DNA of 64,000 nt from Chloroflexota bacterium. Lineage in GTDB: Bacteria > Chloroflexota > Dehalococcoidia > SM23-28-2 > JACOUE01. The notes beneath the pieces are model-generated. The model was not told the origin of the DNA. It made no database searches and saw only the letters and a list, made by a program, of their open reading frames with translations. Shown one piece after another: positions 29,691 to 40,639 of the stretch (the first letter of the stretch is position 1; every line of letters begins with the position of its first letter). The DNA is taken from positions 5,627 to 69,626 of the forward strand of contig JACOUE010000041.1 of assembly GCA_016178045.1 (NCBI GenBank), in the 5' to 3' direction. The position numbers were made by a program, and so were the translations under genes.

Positions 29691-29888
29691 GTGAACGTTC
29701 GAGATGTCTTGCGACTCTTGAGAGAGGACGGGTGGTACGTGGTGAGAGTGAAGGGCAGCCATCGACAGTTGAAGCACGCGACCAAGCCGGGTCGCGTGAC
29801 GGTGGCAGGACGTCTCGGTCACGAGCTTGCGCCGGGAACGCTCAACAGCATCCTTAAGCAAGCAAGCTTGAAGCGTGGAGACGAGTGA
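29691..29888 (+). CDS. hicA: HicA-family toxin
   Basis: DGW...VKGSHRQLKH...GTLNSILKQA. Confidence 0.9.
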   Translation: MNVRDVLRLLREDGWYVVRVKGSHRQLKHATKPGRVTVAGRLGHELAPGTLNSILKQASLKRGDE

Positions 29889-30109
29889 TGAGGCGCTTCC
29901 TCATTGTCATAGAAAAAGCCGACCGAAATTTTTCCGCCTATGCGCCCGACCTTCCCGGGTGCGTCGCCACCGGTAAGACTGTGAAGGAGACGCAGGCCAA
30001 GATGTACGAGGCGATCCTTCTTCACGTCGAAGGCATGAAGGAAGACGGCCTGCCGGTTCCAGAGCCGCACGCACGGGCTCAATACGTTGTGCTGTCGGAG
30101 GCTGTGTGA
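29885..30109 (+). CDS. hicB: HicB-family antitoxin
   Basis: AYAPDLPGCVATG.T..E...EAI..H.EG...DGLPVP. Confidence 0.9.
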   Translation: MMRRFLIVIEKADRNFSAYAPDLPGCVATGKTVKETQAKMYEAILLHVEGMKEDGLPVPEPHARAQYVVLSEAV

Positions 30110-30579
30110 GCGTGTCTGAATTCGGTCGCTATTTCGAGGAGTTCGAGGTCGGTGACGTGTACAAGCACTGGCCGGGCCGCACCATCACCGAGGCCGACGA
30201 CGTCCTCTTCTGCATGCTCACCATGAACCACCACCCTCTTCACATTGACGCCAACTACGCCAAGGACAGCCAGTACGGCCGGCAGGTGGTGGTGGGGAAC
30301 CTGGTGGTGGACATCGCCATGGGGCTGAGCGTGCCGGACGTTTCGGGCAAAGCCCTGGCCAACTTGGGGTTCGAGAAGGTCGAGTTCCTGGCCCCCACCT
30401 TCCACGGCGACACCATCTACTCCGAGTCGACCGTTCTGGACAAGAAGGAGACGTCGAAGGCGGACCGCGGCGTCGTTACCGTGGAGACGCGCGCCGTCAA
30501 CCAGCGGGGCGAGACCGTGATGCGGTTCCGCCGCTCCGTCCTGGTGGCGAAGCGGGGCGCGCAGGGCGCCCCCAAGTAG
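30106..30579 (+). CDS. MaoC dehydratase (candidate mesaconyl-CoA hydratase)
   Basis: [27 protein letters not shown]. Confidence 0.85.
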   Translation: MSVSEFGRYFEEFEVGDVYKHWPGRTITEADDVLFCMLTMNHHPLHIDANYAKDSQYGRQVVVGNLVVDIAMGLSVPDVSGKALANLGFEKVEFLAPTFHGDTIYSESTVLDKKETSKADRGVVTVETRAVNQRGETVMRFRRSVLVAKRGAQGAPK

Positions 30580-30608
30580 AGGGCGTGCCCGCCCGGGAGG
30601 TGCAGCCT

Positions 30609-32288
30609 ATGTTCGACAAGAAGGATCTGGAGCGCATCGAGCAGGAGCAGAAGCGCTGGGAGGAGTCTACCCTCAAGCCGGCCCTCGACCGCTCCGGCCA
30701 GCGCGACGATTCCCAGTTCCAGACCAGCTCTACGGAGACGAAGCCCCTCTACACCCCCCTGGACATCGCCGAGAGCGACTACGCGGAGGACGTCGGCTTC
30801 CCGGGCGAGTATCCCTACACCCGTGGCGTGCAGCCCACCATGTACCGCGGTCGTCTCTGGAGCATCCGCCAGTACGCCGGCTACGGCACCGCCGAGGAGA
30901 CGAACCAGCGCTTCAAGTTTCTCCTGAGCGAGGGCCAGCCCGGCCTCTCGGTGGCGTTCGACCTGCCCACGCAGCTGGGGTACGACTCCGACGACGAGCT
31001 GGCCGCCGGCGAGGTGGGCAAGGTCGGCGTCGCCATCGACACGCTGGCGGACATGGAGGCGATGTTCCACGGCATTCCCCTTGATCAGGTCAGCACCTCG
31101 ATGACCATCAACGCCCCCGCCGCCGTCCTCGTCGCCATGTACGCGGCCGTGGGCGAGAAGCAGGGCGTCCCTCGAGACCGCATTGCCGGCACCGTCCAGA
31201 ACGACGTGCTCAAGGAGTACGTGGCCCGGGGCACCTACATCTACCCGCCCAAGCCCTCTCTGCGCCTGGCCGCCGACCTCATGGCCTACTGCGCTGGCGA
31301 GCTTACCCGCTTCAACGCCATCAGCATCAGCGGCTACCATATCCGGGACGCCGGCTCGACGGCCGTGCAGGAGATGGCCTTCACCTTCGCCAACGCCATC
31401 GCCTACATCGAGGCGGCCCTGGAGCGCGGCGTCGACATCGATGACGTCGCGCCGCGCATCTCGTGGATCTTCAATACCCAGAACAACTTCTTCGAGGAGG
31501 TCGCCAAGTACCGGGCGCTGCGGCGGATGTGGGCCAGGATAATGCGGGAGCGCTTCGGGGCCAAGGACCCGCGCTCGTGGATGTTCCGAACCCACGTCCA
31601 GACTGGCGGCGCCACCCTCACCGCCCAGCAGCCCGAGCTGAACATCGTGCGGGCGACCCTCCAGGCGCTGGCTACCGTCCTCGGCGGCGTCCAGTCGCTC
31701 GCCCTCTCCTGCTACGACGAGGCCCTGGCCTTGCCCACGGAGGAGGCCCAGCGCCTTGCGGTCCGCACCCAGCAGATCATCGCCTACGAGAGCGGCGTCG
31801 CCGACACGGTCGACCCGATGGCCGGCTCCTACTACGTGGAGTGGCTCACGAACGAGCTCGAGCGGAAGGCGTGGGACTATCTCCACAAGATCGAGGACAT
31901 GGGCGGGGCGGTCTCGGCCATCGAGTCGGGCTACATGCAGCGCGAGGTCCAGGAGGCGTCCTGGGGCCACCAGCGCGCCGTCGACGAGGGCCGCAAGATC
32001 ATCGTCGGCGTGAACAAGTTCCAGCTGGAGAACGAGGAGCCGCAGCTCATCTTCCGGGTGAACCCGGAGGCGGAGCGGGCCCAGGTGGAGAAACTGCGCG
32101 CGCTGAAGAAGCGGCGGGACGACGCCGCCGCCCAGGCCGCCCTCCGCCGTCTGGAGGAGGTCTGCCGCGACAGCGAGAACCTGATGTACCCCATTGTCGA
32201 GGCGGTGAAGGCTTACGCCACCCTGGGCGAGATCTGCGGCGTGATGCGGACGGTCTTCGGCGACTACCGCGCCCCGACGGCGGTCTGA
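30609..32288 (+). CDS. B12-dependent acyl-CoA mutase substrate-binding subunit (methylmalonyl-CoA mutase family)
   Basis: [34 protein letters not shown]; no C-terminal DxHxxG B12 domain. Confidence 0.92.
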   Translation: MFDKKDLERIEQEQKRWEESTLKPALDRSGQRDDSQFQTSSTETKPLYTPLDIAESDYAEDVGFPGEYPYTRGVQPTMYRGRLWSIRQYAGYGTAEETNQRFKFLLSEGQPGLSVAFDLPTQLGYDSDDELAAGEVGKVGVAIDTLADMEAMFHGIPLDQVSTSMTINAPAAVLVAMYAAVGEKQGVPRDRIAGTVQNDVLKEYVARGTYIYPPKPSLRLAADLMAYCAGELTRFNAISISGYHIRDAGSTAVQEMAFTFANAIAYIEAALERGVDIDDVAPRISWIFNTQNNFFEEVAKYRALRRMWARIMRERFGAKDPRSWMFRTHVQTGGATLTAQQPELNIVRATLQALATVLGGVQSLALSCYDEALALPTEEAQRLAVRTQQIIAYESGVADTVDPMAGSYYVEWLTNELERKAWDYLHKIEDMGGAVSAIESGYMQREVQEASWGHQRAVDEGRKIIVGVNKFQLENEEPQLIFRVNPEAERAQVEKLRALKKRRDDAAAQAALRRLEEVCRDSENLMYPIVEAVKAYATLGEICGVMRTVFGDYRAPTAV

Positions 32289-32293
32289 CCGCC

Positions 32294-32779
32294 ATGAAGC
32301 TCAGCGCCGCCGAACGACAAGCCCTCATCGAGCAGTGCGCCAGCGCCCCGGCAAGGCTGCGCCAAGCGCTGGCCCGCGTGCCGCCGGAGGCGCTGCAGTG
32401 GAAGCCCTCCCCGGACGAGTTCTCCGTCCACGAAGTGATCGTGCACTGCGCTGACAGCGAGACGAACGACCACATGCGCATCCGCTACCTGGTTGGCGAG
32501 AAGGAGCCGACCATCATCGGCTACAACGAGTCCGCGTGGGCCCGCGTCTTCGATTACCACAACCACCCGCTGGACGTGGCCTTGGCCACCGTGGAGGCCG
32601 TGCGCGCCAACACCGCCGCCCTCCTCCGCCGTCTGCCGGAGGAGGCCTGGCAGAGCCAGGGCACGCACACGGAATTGGGCCGCCACATCGCTGAAAACTG
32701 GCTCACCATCTACAGCGATCACCTGGAAGAGCACATAGCCCAGATTAACTCCGTGCTGGAAGCGTGGTATAAACGTTAG
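32294..32779 (+). CDS. DinB-family protein
   Basis: SVHEVIVHCADSE and H...H..QI motifs. Confidence 0.85.
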   Translation: MKLSAAERQALIEQCASAPARLRQALARVPPEALQWKPSPDEFSVHEVIVHCADSETNDHMRIRYLVGEKEPTIIGYNESAWARVFDYHNHPLDVALATVEAVRANTAALLRRLPEEAWQSQGTHTELGRHIAENWLTIYSDHLEEHIAQINSVLEAWYKR

Positions 32780-32781
32780 CA

Positions 32782-32839
32782 TGTAGCTGCAGGCCTTCAG
32801 GCCTGCCTCTCCGGGCAGGGCTAAAGCCCTGCAGCTACA
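32782..32839. repeat. GTAG-type REP doublet
   Basis: TGTAGCTGCAGGCCTTCAGGCCTGC...GCAGGGCTAAAGCCCTGCAGCTACA. Confidence 0.75.
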
Positions 32840-32870
32840 CGGAGGAAAAGCAACCTCGGGGAGGGCGCAG

Positions 32871-33620
32871 GTGTCGTGTCTTAAGGACGGGAAGGTAGCC
32901 ATCGTTACCGGCAGCTCGCGGGGGCTGGGAGCGGCCGTCGTCCGGGAGCTGGCGGCCCACGGCTGCAACGTCGCCATCAACTATTTTCAGAGCAAGGACG
33001 CGGCCGAGGCGCTGCACAAGGAGGTCTCCGCCAACGGCGTCAGTGCCATCGTCGTCCCGGCGGACGTGAAGCGGCTCGAGGAGTGCAAGCGCCTGGTGGA
33101 CGCCGCGATGGAGGAGTTCGGCCACGTCGACATCCTGGTGAACAACGCCGGCGTGAACCGCGACCGCACGCTCCGGCGGATGACCGCGGAGGAGTGGGAG
33201 GAGGTCATCGCCACCGACCTGAACAGCGTGTACTACTGCACCAGCCTCGTCGTGCCCCAGATGATAGAGCGGAACTGGGGTCGCGTCATCAACATGGCGT
33301 CGATCGTCGGGCAGATGGGCAACGTGGGCCAGTCGAACTACGCCGCGGCCAAGGCGGGCATGGTCGGCTTCACCAGGGCGGCCGCCCAGGAGCTGGCCCG
33401 GTACAACATCACCGTCAACGCCCTCTGCCCCGGGTTCATCGAGACGGACATGGTGCTGAACCTGACGGAAGAGGTGAAGCAGGCGCTCCTGGCCCGCATA
33501 CCGATCGGCCGCTTCGGGCGGCCGGAGGAAGTAGCCCGCCTCTGCCGCTTCCTGGTCGCCGAGGGGGAGTACATCACGGGGGCGCAGCTCAACATCAACG
33601 GGGGAATGTACCTCCAGTAA
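32871..33620 (+). CDS. Acetoacetyl-CoA/3-oxoacyl reductase (PhaB/FabG-like SDR)
   Basis: TGSSRGLG, NNAG, GQSNYAAAK, NINGG. Confidence 0.88.
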   Translation: MSCLKDGKVAIVTGSSRGLGAAVVRELAAHGCNVAINYFQSKDAAEALHKEVSANGVSAIVVPADVKRLEECKRLVDAAMEEFGHVDILVNNAGVNRDRTLRRMTAEEWEEVIATDLNSVYYCTSLVVPQMIERNWGRVINMASIVGQMGNVGQSNYAAAKAGMVGFTRAAAQELARYNITVNALCPGFIETDMVLNLTEEVKQALLARIPIGRFGRPEEVARLCRFLVAEGEYITGAQLNINGGMYLQ

Positions 33621-33624
33621 GGCC

Positions 33625-33936
33625 ATGAGCCGTCCCGCCGCCCGCCCCCGGCCCCGCCGGCTCCAGCCCGCCCCGGAGCAGCCGCAGCGACCCCGGGTCT
33701 CGATCCCGAGTCTGGCGCTGGTCCTTCCCGTCATCGCCTTCCTCATCGCCCTCGGGTTCCAGGCCGCGCTCAAGGCTGGCGGGATGGAGTCCGATCATCC
33801 GTTGCGCGTTGTGCTGACGCCGCTGGTCGGCGCCGCCGTGGTCTTCGCCGGCCTGCGCCGCTACCCGACGGCCGGGCGGGTGCGGCTGGCGCTGATGGTG
33901 GCCGTCGCCCTGTTCGTCGTTGCCCTGGCGACGTAG
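33625..33936 (+). CDS. Small membrane protein
   Basis: Three hydrophobic segments. Confidence 0.6.
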   Translation: MSRPAARPRPRRLQPAPEQPQRPRVSIPSLALVLPVIAFLIALGFQAALKAGGMESDHPLRVVLTPLVGAAVVFAGLRRYPTAGRVRLALMVAVALFVVALAT

Positions 33937-33987
33937 GCATGGACGTTGGCCAACCCCTTCGATAAGCGGTAGAATCCTCTCACAACC

Positions 33988-34470
33988 ATGGCTGGCCTGC
34001 TGCCCGACCTCAAGCCCATCGTCGAGAACCTGAACGCCTGCCAGCAGCGTCTCGAGCAGGTGGTGGCCCGCGTCGAGCCGTCGCGCTGGCAGGAGGCGAG
34101 CGGCAACCCCGGCTGGCGCTACAAGGACCTCCTAGCCCACCTGGCGACGGGCGACTGGGTCTGCCAGCACCTCCTGCGCGGCCTGCACGAGACCGGTCGC
34201 GTCCTCGACTGGCCGGACGTCGATGCCGGGAATGCCGAGCTTATCTCCGCCCGCGGCGAGAAGTCGGTGGGCGAGCTGATGGAGGAGCGGGCCGGGCACC
34301 GGCGCCGGACTATCGAGCTCCTCTCCGACCTGCGGCCGGCTCATCTGGAGCAGCCTATCGAGCTGGTCTTCATGGGCATCGGCCAGGTGCCGTTCCTGCG
34401 CTACCTCCAGGGCTTCGCCGCCCACGACATCCAGCACACGTGGGAGCTGGCGGCCCTCGCCGGGGAGTAG
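33988..34470 (+). CDS. DinB/MDMPI-like metal-binding protein
   Basis: GWRYKDLLAHLA and H...H..EL. Confidence 0.8.
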   Translation: MAGLLPDLKPIVENLNACQQRLEQVVARVEPSRWQEASGNPGWRYKDLLAHLATGDWVCQHLLRGLHETGRVLDWPDVDAGNAELISARGEKSVGELMEERAGHRRRTIELLSDLRPAHLEQPIELVFMGIGQVPFLRYLQGFAAHDIQHTWELAALAGE

Positions 34471-34475
34471 CACCG

Positions 34476-35180
34476 ATGGCGGCGGTGGAACGGTCCGATG
34501 GCGGCGGGCTGAAGTACGACCCGGATGCCGCCGTCGCCCACCTGAGAGCGGCCGATTCGGCCGTGGCCCGGGTCATCGACGCCGTCGGGCCCTTCACCCT
34601 CCGTCCCCGCGATGGCCCTTACCGGATGCTGGCCCGCGCCGTCTTCTTCCAGCAACTCGCCGGGCCCGCGGCCCGGGCCATCATGAACCGCGTCCTCGCC
34701 GCCCTGGAGACGGACGAAGAGCGCTTCTTCACGGCACAGCAGTTCCTCGCCGCCAGCGACGAGCTGCTCCAGCCGGCCGGGCTCTCGCGCCAGAAGATCG
34801 CTTACCTCCGCGACCTGTCGGAGAAGTTCGGCTCCGGGCACCTGGGCGACGGCGACTTCGACGGCCTGGACGACGAGGAGGTCATCCTGCGGGTGACCGC
34901 GGTCAAGGGCATCGGCCGCTGGACCGCGGAGATGCTGCTGATCTTCTGCCTGGGACGGCCGGACGTCCTCCCGGTGGACGATCTGGGCGTGCGGCGGGGG
35001 TTCATGCAGGTGTACGGGTTGGCGGAGCTGCCCGGCGGCGAAGAGATGCGGCGCCTCGCCGAGGCGTGGCGTCCCTACCGCAGCGTGGGGACGTGGTACA
35101 TGTGGCGCAGCCTGGGCGTGACGCTACCTGCCCAGACCATCGACCCTTCGCTCGCGTCCACGCCGCCCCCTGCGGTATGA
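34476..35180 (+). CDS. DNA-3-methyladenine glycosylase II (AlkA family)
   Basis: QQL, GLSRQK, VKGIGRWTAEM HhH, DLG, WRPYRS. Confidence 0.92.
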   Translation: MAAVERSDGGGLKYDPDAAVAHLRAADSAVARVIDAVGPFTLRPRDGPYRMLARAVFFQQLAGPAARAIMNRVLAALETDEERFFTAQQFLAASDELLQPAGLSRQKIAYLRDLSEKFGSGHLGDGDFDGLDDEEVILRVTAVKGIGRWTAEMLLIFCLGRPDVLPVDDLGVRRGFMQVYGLAELPGGEEMRRLAEAWRPYRSVGTWYMWRSLGVTLPAQTIDPSLASTPPPAV

Positions 35181-35207
35181 TGGCAGCGAATCTAGACGGA
35201 GGTCCCC

Positions 35208-36413
<1,206 letters not shown>

Positions 36414-36495
36414 CGTCCTTCGTACAGAACCGAACGGCGAGGCGGATGGTGACGCCGTCCGCCTCGCCGTTTATCATCCGTTGTGAGGCCCGCTC

Positions 36496-37449
36496 ATGCG
36501 AGAAGAAGACGTCTGCCTGGAGCTGTTCCTGGACTGGCTGGCGGCGGCCCACGGCCGCCGCTTCCAGGTCCAGGAACGCACCTACGCGGAGCCCTTCGGT
36601 CTCAGCGCCGCTGCCTCCGATGGCCACTATGCGCTGGCCGTCGAGGTGCGCCGCCTCGTCGACCCGGGCGAAAACGAGGTGTGGCAGGCGTACCGCCAGC
36701 AGCTCCAGCAGGACGTCGCCGTCGGCCTTAAGGGGGGGTACGCGCTCTGGCTCCCGCCCGGCGCCGACCTCCCCGGCGGCGGCCGCGAGTCGATGGAGTT
36801 CGCCCAGCGGGTGCGCGACGCCGCCTTCTCCCTCCAGCCCGGCGAGCGCGGCTTCGTCCCGCTTCCCGTCACCCTTTATCTACGCAAGGTGCGGGAGGAG
36901 GGCGCCCTCGTCTCCGTCGCCGGGCCCCTGGACGCCTACTGGGCCAAGATGAGCGAGCACGTCCACGGCTCTTACGACCTCGACAGCACCCGCCTCCACC
37001 GCCTGCCCGAGGACGAGGAGCACCGGCGCGAGCTGCTCGACCGCATCGTCAGCGCCGCCGGCCAGGTAGAGAACGTGGGCCAGTGGGCGGAGCTCGAGAC
37101 GGTCGACGCCTGGACCCTCCAGCACCTCGCGATCGACGAGCACGGCGTGCTCATCGTCGGCGTGCCGCCGGACGCGGCGCGCGACATGGGCATCGCCGTG
37201 CGGCGCAACTTCCGCCGGGCGCTGGCGGAGGCCGGCCCCGCACTGGCTGGGCGGGAGTGCGACCTGCGGGCCCTTGTCGTGCTGGGCTACTACCCTTACA
37301 TCGACCAGGAAGGCGCTACGACCGCCCTGCGCGGCTACGACCCCACGCTCTACTCGGCGCTGGACTTCGTCTGCCTGGTCACGGACGGGCGGGCGAAGGC
37401 GCTGGTGGAGTCGCCGGCGTACGTGCTGCCCTGGGCCAAGAAGCCGTAG
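36496..37449 (+). CDS. Hypothetical protein
   Basis: 317-aa ORF with strong GC3 bias, no recognised motif. Confidence 0.75.
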   Translation: MREEDVCLELFLDWLAAAHGRRFQVQERTYAEPFGLSAAASDGHYALAVEVRRLVDPGENEVWQAYRQQLQQDVAVGLKGGYALWLPPGADLPGGGRESMEFAQRVRDAAFSLQPGERGFVPLPVTLYLRKVREEGALVSVAGPLDAYWAKMSEHVHGSYDLDSTRLHRLPEDEEHRRELLDRIVSAAGQVENVGQWAELETVDAWTLQHLAIDEHGVLIVGVPPDAARDMGIAVRRNFRRALAEAGPALAGRECDLRALVVLGYYPYIDQEGATTALRGYDPTLYSALDFVCLVTDGRAKALVESPAYVLPWAKKP

Positions 37450-37935
37450 CTATTCGGCCAGCTTCTGGTAGCGTCCCTGGTAGAAGATGAGCGGCCGCTT
37501 CTTCCGGTCGGCGTCCGCCTCCTCCACCCGGCCGACGAATATCGTGTGGTCGCCGCCGGGGTACTCGGCGATGATCCGGCAGTCGGCGTAGGCGAGGCAC
37601 CCGGCGAGGATGGGGGCGCCCGTCGACCGGACAGAGTAGGCGAGCCGTTCGATGCGGTGGTCGTGCTGCGACTCCTTGCGGGCGAACTGGTCGGCCAGGG
37701 CCCCCTGCTCTTCGTCCAGGATGTTGACGGCGAAGACGCCGCTCTGCTTGAGGATATCGTGTGTGTCGGCGGCCTTGTCGACGCAGATGAGCACCAGCAA
37801 CGGCTCCAGCGACAGCGACGTGAACGCGTTGGCCGTCATGCCGTGCAGCTGGTCGCCCAGGCGGGTGGTGACTATGGTGACTCCGGTGGCGAAGAGTCTC
37901 ATGGCCCGGCGGAACGCGTCTTTCGATGGCGGCAT
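37450..37935 (-). CDS. Flavin reductase-family protein
   Basis: FATGVTIVT, GMTANAFTSLS..P, GDHTIF.G. Confidence 0.92.
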   Translation of the reverse strand: MPPSKDAFRRAMRLFATGVTIVTTRLGDQLHGMTANAFTSLSLEPLLVLICVDKAADTHDILKQSGVFAVNILDEEQGALADQFARKESQHDHRIERLAYSVRSTGAPILAGCLAYADCRIIAEYPGGDHTIFVGRVEEADADRKKRPLIFYQGRYQKLAE

Positions 37936-38022
37936 ACTCGGCTTCGCTTCCTTCAGATTGCGCCCGAACCTGCGTTACATTATAATTTCAATCGAGAAAC
38001 TCAAGTTACGCAAGGAGGTCTC

Positions 38023-38316
38023 ATGCCCCTATACCTTGTTCAGCACACCCACCCGGCGGATACCTGCCCCACGAAGAACCCTGAGATGGTGCGCCAGCTG
38101 GCCAATCACGTCAACCAGGCCACCGCCGACAAATACGGCGTGAAGATTCTCGCCGACTGGGTGAATGAGCCGGAGCATACGGTGATCCTGGTGCTCGAGG
38201 CGGACACTCCGGACAAGGCCACTAACTTCGTTCTGCCCTTCCTCAACGTCGGGTCTATCACCGTGAGGGCTGGCCAGACCTGCGAGCAGGTAGCCCGGGA
38301 CTGTCTGGGCGGCTAA
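38023..38316 (+). CDS. Small GYD/DUF3303-like protein
   Basis: RBS AAGGAGG, ATG 38023; H.H....CP, EH...LVLEAD. Confidence 0.7.
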   Translation: MPLYLVQHTHPADTCPTKNPEMVRQLANHVNQATADKYGVKILADWVNEPEHTVILVLEADTPDKATNFVLPFLNVGSITVRAGQTCEQVARDCLGG

Positions 38317-38428
38317 CGCGGCTCCTCACCTCCTTCTAGCGTCTTCCTGCTGCATTCGCTGGCCCTTGAGATATCGACTGCAAGGCGAGGGCCGCCTCCG
38401 CCGCCTGAGGGCCTCACCAAGGCCGGCC

Positions 38429-39442
38429 TCACGCCTGCTCCTCCGGCACGACGCAGGAGACGAAGGTGAAAGCGTACAGCGCCAGCCCCGCCGACTCCGT
38501 CGCCAGGGTGAGATCGTGGCTGTCCAGCTCACGGTTGTTGACCAGGCGGCACATGCGCGGCGTGTCCACGTCCACGTAGCTGCGCCCGTCTTCCTCGAAG
38601 CGGACATCGGCGCCGGCGTCGTCCCCGGCGAGCGGGGTGCCGTCCTGCGCAAGCCAGACGCGGCACTCCCTCCCGAAGGAAGGGTTCGTAACCAGGTTGA
38701 CCTCTTTCGCCGTGTAGCGGATGGAGACGCGGCTCTCGCCGCCGCTGCCCCACGGCTTCATCACCTGCTCCTCGTCTGCGGCCCACTCCCCTTCCAGGTA
38801 GAAGTAGCCCTCGGCGTGCCGGCCCGGGTCGCGGTAGACGTGTCCCTTCTTGGGCACGTAGCCGCCCGGGTTGCCGATGCGCCCCCGCTGGTAGCCCAGG
38901 TACAGCTCGGGGGTGACGCGATAGCAGGCCGCGCCCGGCCGGTCCTCGTCGCGCACAGGCTGCACCGGCTCCAGGAGCGGGGCGTCCGCCCTCACCTCGC
39001 GGACCAGCCCCTGGATGGCCTGCTCCGTCTCCACGTACGCCCCTTCGCCGAAGTGGTAGTAGCGGATGTACCCCTCGCCGTCCACGAGGTACTTCGCGGG
39101 CCAGTAGCGGTTCGCGTACGCCCGCCAGATGGCGAAGTCGTTGTCCATCACGACGGGGTATTCGATGCCGAACTCCTCGATGGCCCGCTTCACGCCGTCC
39201 AGCTGCTTGGCGAAGGAGAACTCGGGGGCGTGCACGCCCACTATCGTCAGGCCGAGGGGAGAGTAACGCCGATGCCACTCGACCAGGTAGGGCAGGGTGT
39301 GGATGCAGTTGATGCAGGTGTAGTCCCAGAAGTCGATGAGGAGCGGGCGTCCGCGCAGCGACTCCATGATCAGCGGCTCGCTGTTCACCCAGTAGCCGCC
39401 GGTCAGCTCGGGGGCCCGGATTCGCGCTGCTTCCTCGGTCAT
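38429..39442 (-). CDS. Thioredoxin-like protein of the DipZ C-terminal type
   Basis: DFWDYTCINC, GVHAPEF, YWP, HFGEGAY, TPELYLG. Confidence 0.88.
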   Translation of the reverse strand: MTEEAARIRAPELTGGYWVNSEPLIMESLRGRPLLIDFWDYTCINCIHTLPYLVEWHRRYSPLGLTIVGVHAPEFSFAKQLDGVKRAIEEFGIEYPVVMDNDFAIWRAYANRYWPAKYLVDGEGYIRYYHFGEGAYVETEQAIQGLVREVRADAPLLEPVQPVRDEDRPGAACYRVTPELYLGYQRGRIGNPGGYVPKKGHVYRDPGRHAEGYFYLEGEWAADEEQVMKPWGSGGESRVSIRYTAKEVNLVTNPSFGRECRVWLAQDGTPLAGDDAGADVRFEEDGRSYVDVDTPRMCRLVNNRELDSHDLTLATESAGLALYAFTFVSCVVPEEQA

Positions 39443-39524
39443 GCGACTGCGTTTGTGACGGGGGCTCGACGTAAGGTATTATACCGATTGGCCCCCGCAT
39501 CGACGTCCCGACAGCACTATCATC

Positions 39525-40049
39525 GTGAGCCTACTGCAGCCCGGGGCGACGGCCCCCGACTTCGCCCTGACCGGCACCGACGGCCGTAGCTATTCCCTCG
39601 CTGAAGCCCTGGCCCGGGGGCCGGCGCTCCTCGTCTTCTTCAAGACCACCTGCGCCACCTGCGACCTCGCCTTTCCCTATATCCAGCGCCTGCTCGAGGC
39701 GTATCGGAACGACGGCTGGCAGCTCTGGGGCGTATCGCAGAGCCCCCAGGTTGAGACCGAGCGCTACGCCGGCGCCCTCCAGCTGACCTTCCCCGTCCTC
39801 CTCGACGAGCCCGGGTTCATTGTTTCCGACGTCTACGACCCGCCCGCTACTCCCACCCTCTTCCTCATCGACCGCATGGGCAAGGTCTTGTACACCACGT
39901 ATGGCTTCAGCAAGGACGACCTGAACGAGGCGTCGGCGCTGATGGCGCGTCAGCTACGGGTTCAGCCGAAAGTCATCGCGGAGATGGGGGACGGTCGGCC
40001 CGACTTCCGCCCTGGCTGAGCGCCCCGTCACCGGCGCCGGTCCGGCTAG
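39525..40049 (+). CDS. AhpC/TlpA-like redoxin; probable Sec read-through of UGA 40017-40019 (otherwise ends at 40019)
   Basis: APDF, FFKTTCATC, TPT; ends FRPG-UGA-APRHRRRSG-TAG with a GC hairpin downstream. Confidence 0.8.
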
Positions 40050-40111
40050 CCGAATTCGGAACCCGCGGTTGTCGGCCTCCCGCCGTGTGTGTTATGCTAG
40101 GGAAAAGCACG

Positions 40112-40257
40112 TTCTACAACCGGATACGGTCTCCTTGGAGGCCGCTTTTAGTTGTAGAGGTTAAGTTCGACGTCGGGTTCTCTTAAATCCGCACCCCCCG
40201 CCCTGCTCGATGACCGAACGTAACCGGACACAAGGAAGGGAGGTCATCGAGTGACCT
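40112..40257 (+). promoter_or_regulatory. Structured 5' leader of the zinc-ribbon gene
   Basis: Stems TTCTACAAC/GTTGTAGAG, CGGTCTC-CTTG-GAGGCCG, GGTTAAGTTCG/CGAACGTAACC, and AGGTCA/TGACCT covering SD and start. Confidence 0.55.
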
Positions 40258-40562
40258 ATCAGGACAAGACCCTGGTTTGTGCTGATTGCGGCCAGGAGTT
40301 TACCTTCTCCGCCGAGGATCAGCAGTTCCACGCCAGCCGTGGCTATCAGGACCCCAAGCGGTGTCCCGATTGCCGGCAGGCTCGCCGCTCCGAGAGGGGA
40401 GGCGGTTCCTCTGGCTACGGCGGCGGCAGCCGCACACTCTACGACGCGGTCTGCGCCAGTTGCGGCGCCGCTGCTCAGGTGCCGTTCCAGCCCCGTCAGG
40501 ACCGGCCTGTCTACTGCAGCGACTGCTTCTCGAAGGTGCGGACCGGCAGGCCGCGCTGGTAA
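40251..40562 (+). CDS. Zinc-ribbon plus CxxC-x17-CxxC domain protein
   Basis: DKTLVCADCG..F.F...Q.F....PKRCPDC; CASCG...VPFQP..DRPVYCSDCF. Confidence 0.92.
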   Translation: MTYQDKTLVCADCGQEFTFSAEDQQFHASRGYQDPKRCPDCRQARRSERGGGSSGYGGGSRTLYDAVCASCGAAAQVPFQPRQDRPVYCSDCFSKVRTGRPRW

Positions 40563-40639
40563 TCGGAGCGCGGCTTCGATTCTCCGTCTAACGCTAGGAG
40601 GTCTATCAACAATCCCCGAAGATGAGAGGAGGGAGCGTC

